Numbered from the stretch's first letter, positions 39,690 through 50,781 are shown. The stretch is DNA of 64,000 nucleotides from an uncultured Methanolobus sp. (GCA_963675495.1 OY776215.1:832001-896000), one strand, 5' to 3'. Made by a program: numbers and translations. Notes: generated from the letters alone by a model not told the origin.

Positions 39690-41687
39690 ATGGAAGACAG
39701 GGAGATAAAGATAGCACTTACAGGAAACCCAAACGTAGGTAAAACCACGCTTTTCAATGCACTGACCGGTTCCAGACAGCATGTTGGCAACTGGCCCGGT
39801 GTCACCGTTGAAAAGAAAAGCGGTAGGATATCATACAAGGGATATGACATAGAGGTTATTGATCTCCCAGGAACATACAGCCTCACTGCATACTCTGTGG
39901 ATGAGATAGTTGCAAGGGATTTTATAATAGAGGAGAAGCCGGATGTCGTCATCCAGGTAGTAGATGCCTCTAACCTCGAAAGAAACCTCTACCTTACCAC
40001 GCAACTTATGGAACTTGGTTCTGAGATACTCATTGTCCTCAACATGTGCGATATTGCCGAGGAAAGAGGAGACCGTATCTACATTGACAAGATGCAGGAG
40101 CTTCTTGCAACACCCATAATAAGGACCGTTGCAACCCAGAAAAAAGGTATTTGTGAGCTTCTGGACAAAGTCATTGAACAAAAAGAAATAGAGCAGCATC
40201 ATGGTCACGAAATAGGATATGGCAATGAGATAGAAGACAAGATCCTCGAAATTGAGAAGGTACTAAGTGAGGATGAGAACCGCGATAAGAGATATCCTCT
40301 GAGATGGGTAAGCATACGTCTTCTTGAAGGTGATGACAATGTCAGGGAAAAAATTGCCAACAGCCCTGTATATGAAAAGACAATAGAGATCATTGATGCG
40401 ATCGATCTGGAAGAATATGAAGCCGAAATAGCTGACAAGCGTTATCTTGCAATCAATATGATCTTCCCCCAGATGTGTACCAGAGCCAATGATACATTGA
40501 CTAAGTCCGATATGATCGATAGGGTACTAACTAACAAATATCTTGGTATTCCAATATTTCTAGCATTAATGTGGGGTGCATTCGAACTTACATTTGCCTT
40601 TGCGACACCTTTCATGGATATGATAGACATTACGGCCACATGGTTCGCTAACTACATATCCTCCAGTCTTCAGCCCGAATGGCTGGCATCACTTGTGGGT
40701 GATGGAATTATTGGTGGTGTCGGGGCAGTACTCGTATTCGTTCCGAATATTTTCATATTATTTTTCCTTTTATCGCTGCTTGAGGGTAGTGGCTACCTTG
40801 CACGAGCCGCATTCATCATGGATAAATTGATGTACAAAATTGGCATGCACGGCAAGTCATTCATACCCATGCTTATGGGATTCGGGTGCAATGTACCAGC
40901 CATCATGGCTGCCAGAAGCATAGAGGATGAAAAGGACAGGCTTATTACTATACTTATAGTACCATTCGTTTCCTGTGGAGCCAGACTACCCATATATGTG
41001 TTGTTCGCAGGCACATTCTTTGGAAGGCAGGCAGGAACTGTCATATTTGCAATGTACATACTTGGTATTGTTATTGCGGTCATATCTGCAAAACTACTCA
41101 GGAAAACTATTGTGAAGGGAAAACCGGCACCATTTATAATGGAACTTCCCCCATACCGTGTCCCAACCCTAAAGGCAAGTATTATTCACATGTGGGACAA
41201 CGGTTTCATGTACATAAAAAAAGCAGGGTCCATCATACTTGTAGGTGTTGTGGTTATCTGGGTAATGGCATCTTTCCCATGGGGTGTGGAATACGGAAGC
41301 GAGGATAGTTATGTTGGCAGTCTGGGTCATGCAGTTGAACCTTTTCTCAAACCTCTTGGTTTTGACTGGAAAATATCAGTTGCACTCATATTCGGACTGG
41401 TCGCTAAAGAAATCGTTGTGGCATCCATGGGAGTTCTTTATGGGTCAGGTGATAGCTCAGAAGTACTTAGTGAGAGACTTCTGGCAGACTCCGGGATCAC
41501 TGCGCTCAGTTCACTTAGCCTGATGGCATTCAGTTTGTTATATATGCCCTGTATTGCAACTGTAGGAGTCATCAAAAAAGAAACAGGTTCATGGAAATGG
41601 ACAGTGTTCGCGATAATATACGGGATCGGCGTAGCATGGATTACAGCATTCATAATTTACCAGGGAGGAAGGTTGCTTGGATATTAA
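39690..41687 (+). CDS. feoB: Ferrous iron transport protein B
   Basis: GNPNVGKT, VGNWPGVT, DLPG, GFGCNVPA, multi-TM C-terminal half. Confidence 0.96.
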   Translation: MEDREIKIALTGNPNVGKTTLFNALTGSRQHVGNWPGVTVEKKSGRISYKGYDIEVIDLPGTYSLTAYSVDEIVARDFIIEEKPDVVIQVVDASNLERNLYLTTQLMELGSEILIVLNMCDIAEERGDRIYIDKMQELLATPIIRTVATQKKGICELLDKVIEQKEIEQHHGHEIGYGNEIEDKILEIEKVLSEDENRDKRYPLRWVSIRLLEGDDNVREKIANSPVYEKTIEIIDAIDLEEYEAEIADKRYLAINMIFPQMCTRANDTLTKSDMIDRVLTNKYLGIPIFLALMWGAFELTFAFATPFMDMIDITATWFANYISSSLQPEWLASLVGDGIIGGVGAVLVFVPNIFILFFLLSLLEGSGYLARAAFIMDKLMYKIGMHGKSFIPMLMGFGCNVPAIMAARSIEDEKDRLITILIVPFVSCGARLPIYVLFAGTFFGRQAGTVIFAMYILGIVIAVISAKLLRKTIVKGKPAPFIMELPPYRVPTLKASIIHMWDNGFMYIKKAGSIILVGVVVIWVMASFPWGVEYGSEDSYVGSLGHAVEPFLKPLGFDWKISVALIFGLVAKEIVVASMGVLYGSGDSSEVLSERLLADSGITALSSLSLMAFSLLYMPCIATVGVIKKETGSWKWTVFAIIYGIGVAWITAFIIYQGGRLLGY

Positions 41688-42168
41688 CGGGGAGAACGTA
41701 AGCGATAAACCAGACACACGGTCAGCAATGATATTTTCCATTATCACAGGTTCCTTATACATCCTTTTGGGCTTGCTTCAGTTATCATCAGGATTAGGCA
41801 GGATTCTTATGGGACCGGATACCCACATCCCATTTACAGATGTACTATTCATACCTGCTGACACCATAGGAGCATTTGTCCTGCTGCTAATAGGAACAGT
41901 ATTCATATACGGCGTTATGGAGATGCGCCAGGGGGTATATGAGGGTGTGTCCTATGCCTACGTAGGTATCCTGATAGCACTTATTTTTGCAGTAATATAC
42001 ACACTTGTAAGCACGGGAAACATGCTTGAAACATACATTCTTAAAAATGAAGACTACATAGGCTGGACACCTCTGAGTGATCTAAGACCTGGAATATATT
42101 TGGCAATCCTTCCACTCCTTGCATTTAGCAAATGGAAAAACATGTTCGAAGAAGGGCTATTGAAATGA
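41677..42168 (+). CDS. Membrane protein in feo operon
   Basis: About 4 TM helices; overlaps feoB and the next gene. Confidence 0.65.
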   Translation: MDINGENVSDKPDTRSAMIFSIITGSLYILLGLLQLSSGLGRILMGPDTHIPFTDVLFIPADTIGAFVLLLIGTVFIYGVMEMRQGVYEGVSYAYVGILIALIFAVIYTLVSTGNMLETYILKNEDYIGWTPLSDLRPGIYLAILPLLAFSKWKNMFEEGLLK

Positions 42169-42437
42169 TTAGGGAAACACTGGGACTGCTGTTTGTTGAC
42201 AACTGTACGTTCCAGGAAGCAGCAAAAAAACTTGGAATTGACCAGGTTGGCGTCAAAGACAGGCTCATTATGCTGGAACATATGGGTTATATCATTGAAG
42301 TCTGTAACAATTCAGGACCAAAGTCATCCACTTGTTGCTCATGCTCTGCGGCATCTGCATGTTCAACCAACAATGCAGACTTTACAGGGAAAGCATACCA
42401 ACTGACCAAGAAAGGCGAAAAGATGTGCCGCAGCTAA
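42165..42437 (+). CDS. FeoC-like Cys-rich wHTH protein
   Basis: EAAKKLG..LEHMGYI wHTH, CCSCS...C cluster, YQLTKKG; last gene of feo operon. Confidence 0.7.
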   Translation: MIRETLGLLFVDNCTFQEAAKKLGIDQVGVKDRLIMLEHMGYIIEVCNNSGPKSSTCCSCSAASACSTNNADFTGKAYQLTKKGEKMCRS

Positions 42438-42703
42438 ATATTCAAGAAGCTCCGAGCACATTTATTTAAGCATCTTGATCTAAAGTGTCAGGGTGCATAT
42501 ATTATAGTACTTTTCAATGTTTTTAGAAATATTCAAAATAAAGGAAATCGAGCTTAGTACTGTGAAAATTTAGCGGTTTCGATATGTACTTCAATCAGTT
42601 TAAATAATGATAATAAAAGACTACATTTACCGCAACATATATTTTTAAGTTCGGACACAGATAGTACGGTATTAATTTTTAAAAGGATTGAAAAGTGATT
42701 CAA

Positions 42704-44326
42704 ATGAAACTTGGAGTTGCAATAGATATAGGCACCAGTGGTATAAGAGCACAGAAAATCGACCTTGATACCGGTGATATCCAGAAGACAGTCATCACTC
42801 TCCGTAACCCCCTCCCTGGGGCAAATGTTATGGATCACCTGGACTTTGCCATTACTTACGGGTTGGAACTTGCTCAAGGCTTGCATGTCAATGCAGTTAA
42901 ACATGTCATCGAAACGTTGGGCGTTAAACCAGAAGAACTGGAAAGAATGTCCATTTGTGGAAACCCGATTCAGCTCTCTATTTTCCAGGGGATCCCAATA
43001 GATGATCTTGCATATGCAGGTGAAAGGAAAAAGGAAAAACTGAACATCAAGGATCAGGAAAGGAATGCTCGTATTATCGATTGTTCAGAGATAAAAGGGC
43101 TTGAGGTATACCCTAATTCAAAACTTGTCGTTCCACCAGCCATCAGACACGAAGTTGGTGCCGATGCGCTTGCACTTATTATAAAATCAGGATTCATGGA
43201 TACGAAGGATACAGCAATTGCTACTGATTACGGAACTAACGCTGAGATGGCACTTATTCACGAAGGAACCATCTATACCGGTTCAGCTGCGGCAGGCCCT
43301 GCACTTGAAGGTCAGCAGATCAAATACGGAAAGCTTGCATCACCTTTTGTAATATCTGATGTTGAATTTGAAAATAATAACATACGCAATTATGTACTTA
43401 ATGAGGAAATGGACACTGTCAAAGCCCAACTCATAAATCCTAAAAATGGAGATATCATTGAAGAAGACTCCATTAAAGCAATGGGAATTACCGGAACAGG
43501 TGTCATTGCTATCATCGAAGCAGGAATGAAGAATGGAATAATCCAGCTTCCAAAGATAAACACTCCTGACCACATACTTTACCTACAGGACAAGATCAAG
43601 TTCTTCGAAAAAGACGTAGAAGCAGCAGGACTTGCAATGGGTGCTATCCGTGCAGGACACCTTGCATTGTGCAATGCAGCAGGAATACAAGTAGCTGATG
43701 TTAAGAAAGCATACATGTCTGGTGCCGCTGGAACTTATATGGATGCTGTCAAAGCACACCAGGTAGGAATGGTACCATACAATGTCGATGAAGTAATACA
43801 GATTGGTAACACATCATTGATAGTTTCAAGAGAGATCCTTTTGTCAGAAGACAGACTCTGGGAACTTCAGGACATGGCATCAAAAATAGTAAGCAATCAC
43901 GTTATGTTTGCAACTGATCCTGCATTCAAGGAAGCATATATCCAGGAAATATCATACTGGAGCGAAGGAATGCCTTTCAAGATGCTGAAAAAATTCCTGA
44001 AAAAGAAGGGACTTCCGCAAATAGACCTGCCTGAAGGTACCACAAAAGTCACCAAAGTTGTGGAAAAAGATATCCCTATACTCGGTGACGAAGGACTCGA
44101 AGTACTCGAACGTGTCGGCACGTTCCTGACAATGAAAGTTGACTGCCCTGAATGTCCAAAATGCATAAAGGTCTGCCCCAATGACGCGATCACCATTGAT
44201 GATGAGGGCGTTGTTATGATCAGTTCTGACCTTTGTGATGGGGCAAACTGTAAGAGATGTATCAACGCATGTCCAAAAGATACGTTCAGATGGGAGAACC
44301 TTACTGTGCTGGAACAATCAGCATAA
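42704..44326 (+). CDS. Corrinoid protein reductive activase, RamA/RamM family
   Basis: DIGTSG and DYGTNAEM ASKHA motifs, GSAAAGPALEG, C-terminal 2x[4Fe-4S]; beside mtaCB. Confidence 0.88.
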   Translation: MKLGVAIDIGTSGIRAQKIDLDTGDIQKTVITLRNPLPGANVMDHLDFAITYGLELAQGLHVNAVKHVIETLGVKPEELERMSICGNPIQLSIFQGIPIDDLAYAGERKKEKLNIKDQERNARIIDCSEIKGLEVYPNSKLVVPPAIRHEVGADALALIIKSGFMDTKDTAIATDYGTNAEMALIHEGTIYTGSAAAGPALEGQQIKYGKLASPFVISDVEFENNNIRNYVLNEEMDTVKAQLINPKNGDIIEEDSIKAMGITGTGVIAIIEAGMKNGIIQLPKINTPDHILYLQDKIKFFEKDVEAAGLAMGAIRAGHLALCNAAGIQVADVKKAYMSGAAGTYMDAVKAHQVGMVPYNVDEVIQIGNTSLIVSREILLSEDRLWELQDMASKIVSNHVMFATDPAFKEAYIQEISYWSEGMPFKMLKKFLKKKGLPQIDLPEGTTKVTKVVEKDIPILGDEGLEVLERVGTFLTMKVDCPECPKCIKVCPNDAITIDDEGVVMISSDLCDGANCKRCINACPKDTFRWENLTVLEQSA

Positions 44327-44366
44327 TCTCTTTTTTTTTGATAGCTAGACAAAGAAGGTAAAAAAT

Positions 44367-45500
44367 ATGAAAGTTCTTGTAGTAGGCGGATTTTTAGGTA
44401 GCGGAAAAACATCAACCATTATACGATTGGGTAAGGAATTCAGTGATGCCGGTCAAAAGGTTGCAATCATTGTTAATGAGATCGGTGAAGTAGGTCTTGA
44501 TGGAGATGTCATCTCCAAGTACGGTCTTGATATGCAAGAGATAACGAACGGATGCATCTGTTGTACTCTTAAGGTTAGTATGAAAGCAACAATGACCCTT
44601 CTCTATAGGCAATACAATCCGGATATCGTACTTGTAGAACCTACCGGGATCGCATTCCCTGAGGTCATCAAGAACGATGTTGAGTTAATGGAACTGAAGG
44701 GTACTACTGTTCAGCCTCTTGTTACACTTATAGATGGTAGCAGATTCAAGCAGTTGATGAAAGAAGCAAGGAATTTTGCCATGCGTCAGATAATCGATGC
44801 TGAAATATTGGGTATTAATAAGATAGACCTTATCGATGAGATTCGTATCCCGATCATTGAAGCATCCGTACAGCAACTGAACCCTAAGGCAAAAGTGATA
44901 CTGCTTTCTGCGTCCAAGAAAGATGAACATTGGGACAACTTTGTGAAACTTGCAATGACCGAGGTCCCTGAAAATCGGGCAATGCATGAATACCATACTA
45001 CCAGCCCTGATACCACAATTATCGATGAGGTAACAGGTAAACCGGTAGAAGAAACACTTAATTCTATTGAGGCATCGGGGATAGCCAGCTACGCTACCGA
45101 ATACACGATAACTGATGGAATTAGCGCTGACCTTGCACAAAGCATTGCAAGTGAGATGATGGAAACTATCAAGTCAGAAGTTATGAAACTCAGTCCTGAA
45201 TTTGTAGGACACATCAAGTTGTTCATAGAATCAGATTCAAATACTGTCAAAACAAACCTTACGGCTTATGATCAGGATGTGACAATGGAAATTATTGATA
45301 CTGTAACTGAAGACTTGCCCCGACTCAAGGTACTCTCCGCAGTTTCAAGCATTGATCATGAAAAGCTTGTAGACATAGTTACTAGCACTATTTCACAGAA
45401 GCTAAGTGACAATGATATTACTTTCGAGCACAACAAGCCGCATAAGCATGATCATACCCATGGGCACCCACAGCCAATTGACATAATCAATAACAATTGA
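44367..45500 (+). CDS. CobW/COG0523-family GTPase metallochaperone
   Basis: GGFLGSGKT, NEIG, NGCICC, EPTG, NKID, His-rich tail. Confidence 0.85.
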   Translation: MKVLVVGGFLGSGKTSTIIRLGKEFSDAGQKVAIIVNEIGEVGLDGDVISKYGLDMQEITNGCICCTLKVSMKATMTLLYRQYNPDIVLVEPTGIAFPEVIKNDVELMELKGTTVQPLVTLIDGSRFKQLMKEARNFAMRQIIDAEILGINKIDLIDEIRIPIIEASVQQLNPKAKVILLSASKKDEHWDNFVKLAMTEVPENRAMHEYHTTSPDTTIIDEVTGKPVEETLNSIEASGIASYATEYTITDGISADLAQSIASEMMETIKSEVMKLSPEFVGHIKLFIESDSNTVKTNLTAYDQDVTMEIIDTVTEDLPRLKVLSAVSSIDHEKLVDIVTSTISQKLSDNDITFEHNKPHKHDHTHGHPQPIDIINNN

Positions 45501-46136
45501 TTAGGATACAGGTTTACCCAAATAAAGCCTGTACCTTCTTTTTTTATTTCTTTTTTTATTGCATAGGGATGATCATTCCCTTGTTGATAGATCAAAAGCA
45601 GAATAGGATCATCAACAAATATAGGAAATCTGTGCCGCTATGAAATATTATATAAGTATTACGCATAAACAGATGAATAGTACATTTTTTGTAGATTTTC
45701 TGAAATTCGCTATGTATACTTCGACCTTTGACGATACTTAAATCAAACGGTTAACAATTGATAAAGAAGTAGTTACGATTCTAAAAATAATACAAAATCA
45801 AATTAAATTTTGAAAGTTACTCCGTGTTTTTTATGAAAATCTTGCATTATTTCACATATAGAATAAATATATTACTTATTAAATAAAAAAGAAAATAACA
45901 AGCCAACTTTACTTACAGACAAGAAAATGACAGAATTGAGCGGTACTATTTAAAACCAACGGGTACAGTCAGATTTTCTTATAACACTATAGTAAATAAA
46001 ACACACAAGTAAGACGCATACTGTATAAATATAATCAGATACTAGAACCACACTACGCTACAAAAACAGAAAACAGATGGTACTGTGTAAAAATATATGC
46101 TCCCGTTATATTTTGTATTTTTTATAAATATGCAAA

Positions 46137-46153
46137 ACCGTTAAACTTATATA
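46137..46153 (+). promoter_or_regulatory. Putative mtaCB TATA box with ~180-nt leader
   Basis: AAACTTATATA about 200 nt upstream of the mtaC ATG; long mtaCB leaders are known in Methanosarcina. Confidence 0.45.
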
Positions 46154-46350
46154 CGTATCTGGAATAGGTGGTTATGTGGAAAGATGAAGTTAGCCAATGA
46201 CTAAAGATTATTAGCAAACGGTTGTGGAGACTTTTGCAGAATCACTCAAAGTCATAAGCCAACAGATGTCCATCTGCTGCTTTACAGCATACTTCGCATG
46301 AACGTATGAAAAGTGGCAGGAAGTATCTAGATCTAAGGAGGTAGAATTAG

Positions 46351-47112
46351 ATGGATATAGACCCAAGTAAAATATTAGTAAGGTATAATGTTGCTAAAGA
46401 AAAAGCACAGACACCAGAAGAATTAGCAGCTGAGATGTACCCAAGTGCAGAACCAGCAAAATCAATCTGTGCTGCAATTTTCGATGGAGAAGAGGACGAC
46501 GTAATCGAAGGTCTTGAGAAGGCAATCGAGGGCGGAGCAGACCCAATAGCACTCATTGATGATGTGCTCATGGTCGGAATGAAGATCACAACAGACCTGT
46601 ATGACCAGGGTGTAATCTTCCTGCCAAACGTTATGATGTCAGCAGACGCAATGCTCGAGGGTATCGAGTTCTGTAAAGAACAGGGCGGATCAGCACCAAA
46701 GCCAAAAGGCAAGATTGTTTGCCACGTAGCAGAAGGTGACGTACACGACATCGGTAAGACAATTGTAGCAGCACTCCTCAGAGCAGCTGGATTTGAAGTT
46801 GTCGACCTTGGCCGTGACTGTCCAGTCGATGAAGTTATCGCAGCTGTAAAGAAGGAAAGCCCAATGATGCTTACCGGAACAGCATTGATGACAACAACAA
46901 TGTATGCATTTAAGGAAGTCAATGACAGACTCCTCGAGTCTGGTCTGAAGACACCATTCCAGTGTGGTGGCGGAGCAGTAAACCAGGACTTCGTAACCCA
47001 GTACGAACTCGGTGTATACGGAGAAGAAGCAGCAGATGCACCAAAGATGGCAGAAGCAATCCTTGCAGGAAAAGGACTTGCACAACTCAAGGAGACCTTC
47101 CACAAACACTAA
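46351..47112 (+). CDS. mtaC: Methanol corrinoid protein
   Basis: ILVRYNV N-terminus, EGDVHDIGK B12-binding motif, TALMTTTM; biased codon usage. Confidence 0.95.
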   Translation: MDIDPSKILVRYNVAKEKAQTPEELAAEMYPSAEPAKSICAAIFDGEEDDVIEGLEKAIEGGADPIALIDDVLMVGMKITTDLYDQGVIFLPNVMMSADAMLEGIEFCKEQGGSAPKPKGKIVCHVAEGDVHDIGKTIVAALLRAAGFEVVDLGRDCPVDEVIAAVKKESPMMLTGTALMTTTMYAFKEVNDRLLESGLKTPFQCGGGAVNQDFVTQYELGVYGEEAADAPKMAEAILAGKGLAQLKETFHKH

Positions 47113-47124
47113 GGAGTGAGAGAA

Positions 47125-48510
47125 ATGGTAAAAAGATACACATCAATGGCATACAAAGCTGCTGACGACATGATCTTCGGTAAGTCAGTTTACCCAGTCA
47201 AAGCAGAACTCGGATTAGAAATAGGCGCAGGATACGTAACAGGTGAAGTAAACTACGCACCAAGACCAGAAGCTGGTGTCTCTAAAGAGAAACTTGTTTC
47301 AGAGTACCGCAGACTTACAACTGACATCATGGCAAGAGCTGTACAGGTCGGTTTCCCAGCAATAGTACTTGAAACAGAACACGTCGAGCAGATGACCAAC
47401 AACCCAGACTGGGGAGGAGAAGTCGCTCACGTACAGAAGACAATACTCGAAGAATACCACGAAGAATACGGAATCAAGACAGGTCTCAGACATACACCTG
47501 GTGACATCCGTGAAGACCGTGACCTTCTTGCACTCATCGGCGGAAAGTATGACACCCTTATGGAGTCATTCGAAGCTGTTGCAGACGCAGGAGCTGACTT
47601 CCTGTCCATCGAAACAATGGGCGGTAAGGAAATTCTCGACTACGCAATTCTTAGAAACGATGTACCTGGTCTCATTTACGCAATTGGCTGCCTTGGTTCA
47701 ATTGACATGACCATGATCTGGGAAGACATCAGAAAGATCGCAGACAAGAAGGGCAGAGTAGCAGCTGGTGACACAGACTGTGCACAGGCAAACACTGCAA
47801 TGTTTATTGCAGGTGGTCTCCTCGACAAGAACCTTGCACACACCCTTGCAATCCTTGCAAGAGCAATTTCCGCACCAAGAACACTCGCAGGCTATGAAGC
47901 AGGCGCACAGGGACCAGGAAAGGACTGTGGATACGAGAACACAATCGTAAAGTCCATTACCGGATGCCCAATCTCACAGGAAGGAAAGACCTCAACATGC
48001 GCACACTCTGACGTAATGGGTAACCTTGTCATGCAGTGCTGTGACCTTTGGTCAAACGAATCTGTAGAATACCACGCAGAATTCGGTGGTACCTCAGTAC
48101 AGTGCTGGTCCGAATCCCTGAACTACGATGCAGCAATGCTTAACGTAGCAACAGAGACCGGAAACGCAAAGATGCTTCGTGACATCCTCGTACTCTCTGA
48201 CAAGTACAGAGACCCACAGGGATATGTCCTTGCATACGACAATGCATTCAAGGTAGGAGAGGCAATCGCAAAGGACGGAGACGACCTTTACCTCCGTGCA
48301 AAGAACGCAGCAGTCGCATGTGTAGACATCCTCAACGCAGCAGACAGCAAGAAACTCGTCATGTCCAAGTTCGAGCTTGGTGCACTTGCAGACGCAGAGG
48401 CAGCACTCAAAGCAATGACCGACGAATCAGAAACCTTCATGAGCGAAAGCATGGAGAAATACAAGGCAGAGGTCGCTGTATTCAGACCAGACGCAAACTA
48501 CAAGTTCTAA
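47125..48510 (+). CDS. mtaB: Methanol:corrinoid methyltransferase
   Basis: EVNYAPRP, LETEHV, GDTDCA, GPGKDCGYE, WSNESVE. Confidence 0.95.
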   Translation: MVKRYTSMAYKAADDMIFGKSVYPVKAELGLEIGAGYVTGEVNYAPRPEAGVSKEKLVSEYRRLTTDIMARAVQVGFPAIVLETEHVEQMTNNPDWGGEVAHVQKTILEEYHEEYGIKTGLRHTPGDIREDRDLLALIGGKYDTLMESFEAVADAGADFLSIETMGGKEILDYAILRNDVPGLIYAIGCLGSIDMTMIWEDIRKIADKKGRVAAGDTDCAQANTAMFIAGGLLDKNLAHTLAILARAISAPRTLAGYEAGAQGPGKDCGYENTIVKSITGCPISQEGKTSTCAHSDVMGNLVMQCCDLWSNESVEYHAEFGGTSVQCWSESLNYDAAMLNVATETGNAKMLRDILVLSDKYRDPQGYVLAYDNAFKVGEAIAKDGDDLYLRAKNAAVACVDILNAADSKKLVMSKFELGALADAEAALKAMTDESETFMSESMEKYKAEVAVFRPDANYKF

Positions 48511-48624
48511 ATTTAGAACTTGTTTCTTTTTTCTTTTTTTACTTTCAATAATAAAATCCCATACTGTAAAGTATGCTGTTTTTCAGACTTATAATAAAAA
48601 ATAAAAAAATTGTAGTCAAAAGAA

Positions 48625-50556
48625 TTACAATATAAACTTCTTAGGATAACCCACTCCTGAAATTGTAATTGTGGTTTCAAGAGGAGCATGCTTCCAGTCC
48701 TCTGGTGAAAAAATCTTTTTTGTCATTTTGATGTCAATATTATCCTTACTTACACCACATTCACCCATATAATCAAGAACCATACTTTTCCCATGTTTGT
48801 TTGCATATTCTACAGCATCATGATATTTTTCAAAATCTTTCCTTCCAATTGGGGAAAATACCATGTAACCTGCATCAGGATCAGCAACTGAAATCGGCCT
48901 TACAACGATCTCTATTCTTTTGATGCCTTTTCCAAAGAGAGCTCCTGCAGCATTTCCAACTTCTGCATGTTCAGGAATGATAATTTCCGCATCAATTATG
49001 TTCTCCATATTCTTCTGGTAAGCTGCAACAGGACCACCAAGCAAAACCACGGGAACGTCCACCTTAAATCTTGCATTGAATTTCCCATCAACTATGTCTT
49101 TTATCCCAGACCTTTCAACATCATGAAGAATATAAGACATCAGGTTGAAAGCCATATTCCTGGCTACAATATTTTTTACCTCATTACAGAATTCGAGGAT
49201 TCCCATCTTATAAAGATTCCTAAGCTTATCAGCCCCTACTTTTGATGCCTCAGCATCCCAGAAAGTATAATCACCGAGTACATGAAGAGCATCTGTCGGA
49301 GTAAAGCCAATTGCTTGTATCAACCTTTTCTGAATAAGAGAATCTATCGTAATAGTAGAGGGATGCTTTTTAGACAAATTGGTGATTTCATTAAGGCTCA
49401 TTGGCTCGTCGCCAATTACCTTGTAAACCTCAGCTTCCGACTCATTAAGACCAATGGGTTCAAATCCTGATCTCATGAAGAATTTTGTGGGCTGTATGTT
49501 CCTGTCAAGCACGCTTCTCATAGGAACAATATTTTTCTTCAATTTATTCAGGAATCCAGGATATTTGGAAGAGGCAAGACAGAGTGGAATAACTCTCCTT
49601 GGACCAATGTGTAATGCTTTGGAACATGTCCACACATGACTATCTCCCCCCATTGCAGAAGTTTCCATTCTTGTTGCACGGACCTTGGTTTTCCAGCCAC
49701 CTACTATAGCCCCTGTTTCAGACAATTCCGGCACACCATCGGTTATCGCTGAAACATCAGTGCTCGTACCACCAACATCCACTACCGCACAGGTCTCCTT
49801 ACCTGAAAGGAATGATGCTCCGACAAGACTTGCAGCTGGCCCGGAAAAAATGGATTCAACCGGTTTATCCAGCGCATCTTTCAAACCTACGACAGTGCCA
49901 TCGCATTTTAGCATCAGTAACCTGGCATCGATATCCTTTCTTTTGATCTCATCAATAACAGAACGGATAAATTTATGTGAAATTGGAAGTAACTGAGCAT
50001 TTAAAGATGCAGTTACTGCCCTTTCATATGCACCGAGATCCTGAGAAAGTTCATGCCCACAGACCACCGGTAATCCTGTCATTTCATGTATCACATCAGT
50101 AATTGCCAGTTCATGCCCGGGATTTCGAATACTGAAAACAGATGAAACTGCAAAGGCAGAAACATCATCTTTGATCTTTTGAGTGAATTTCCGTACTGCA
50201 CCAATATCAAGTTTTTCAATTTCCTCACCGTTAAAACCGTGGCCACCAGGAATTGAAAGTACATGTTTTGCCGGAAATTCACCTTTTATAGGGTGTTCTC
50301 CAACAAGAATAAGAGCCACCGGACTCCCCGTTCCTTCAAGTACTGTGTTTGTTGCAAGGGTCGTGGAAACCGATACAAGATTTACATTTTTAAGGTACTG
50401 CGAATCAAGTCCATCAATCGCATTCCTGATGCCCACCACCAGGTCAGGATATGTCGTAAGTGATTTATTAGAATCTACCACAGAAGCGTCAGAATCCCTT
50501 ACCAGAATAGCATCCGTATACGTACCGCCAGCATCAATTCCCAGACTATAGTGCAT
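48625..50556 (-). CDS. Hydantoinase/oxoprolinase (HyuA-like) family protein
   Basis: GIDAGGTYTD, STTLATN, SGPAAS, DVGGTSTD, GNAAGA. Confidence 0.85.
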   Translation of the reverse strand: MHYSLGIDAGGTYTDAILVRDSDASVVDSNKSLTTYPDLVVGIRNAIDGLDSQYLKNVNLVSVSTTLATNTVLEGTGSPVALILVGEHPIKGEFPAKHVLSIPGGHGFNGEEIEKLDIGAVRKFTQKIKDDVSAFAVSSVFSIRNPGHELAITDVIHEMTGLPVVCGHELSQDLGAYERAVTASLNAQLLPISHKFIRSVIDEIKRKDIDARLLMLKCDGTVVGLKDALDKPVESIFSGPAASLVGASFLSGKETCAVVDVGGTSTDVSAITDGVPELSETGAIVGGWKTKVRATRMETSAMGGDSHVWTCSKALHIGPRRVIPLCLASSKYPGFLNKLKKNIVPMRSVLDRNIQPTKFFMRSGFEPIGLNESEAEVYKVIGDEPMSLNEITNLSKKHPSTITIDSLIQKRLIQAIGFTPTDALHVLGDYTFWDAEASKVGADKLRNLYKMGILEFCNEVKNIVARNMAFNLMSYILHDVERSGIKDIVDGKFNARFKVDVPVVLLGGPVAAYQKNMENIIDAEIIIPEHAEVGNAAGALFGKGIKRIEIVVRPISVADPDAGYMVFSPIGRKDFEKYHDAVEYANKHGKSMVLDYMGECGVSKDNIDIKMTKKIFSPEDWKHAPLETTITISGVGYPKKFIL

Positions 50557-50726
50557 AATATATCTCCATTTTTAAATTAAAAACCCAATGTTAAATTTCA
50601 AAAGGTGAACTAATAGCACAAATAAAATTTGAGCACTTAAAGATGTGCCTAAGTCATATTAAAAAGTTATGTTAACACTGAATAATGAAAACGAAAGCAA
50701 TAGAAGTAAATTAATACAAATTGAAT

Positions 50727-50770
50727 AAAAAAAAATGTAGACATGACCATAGCTGAACTATGGTATGTCT
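50727..50770 (-). terminator. mtaA terminator (hairpin plus T-run)
   Basis: AGACATGACCATAG-CTGAA-CTATGGTATGTCT preceded on + strand by A9. Confidence 0.6.
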
Positions 50771-50781
50771 GTTTAGAAAAT

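Noticed and set aside
46347-47105. 252-aa antisense ORF over mtaC (likewise 51143-51880 over mtaA and 6823-7437 over r-protein genes)
   Set aside because: Shadow ORFs produced by codon bias of highly expressed genes
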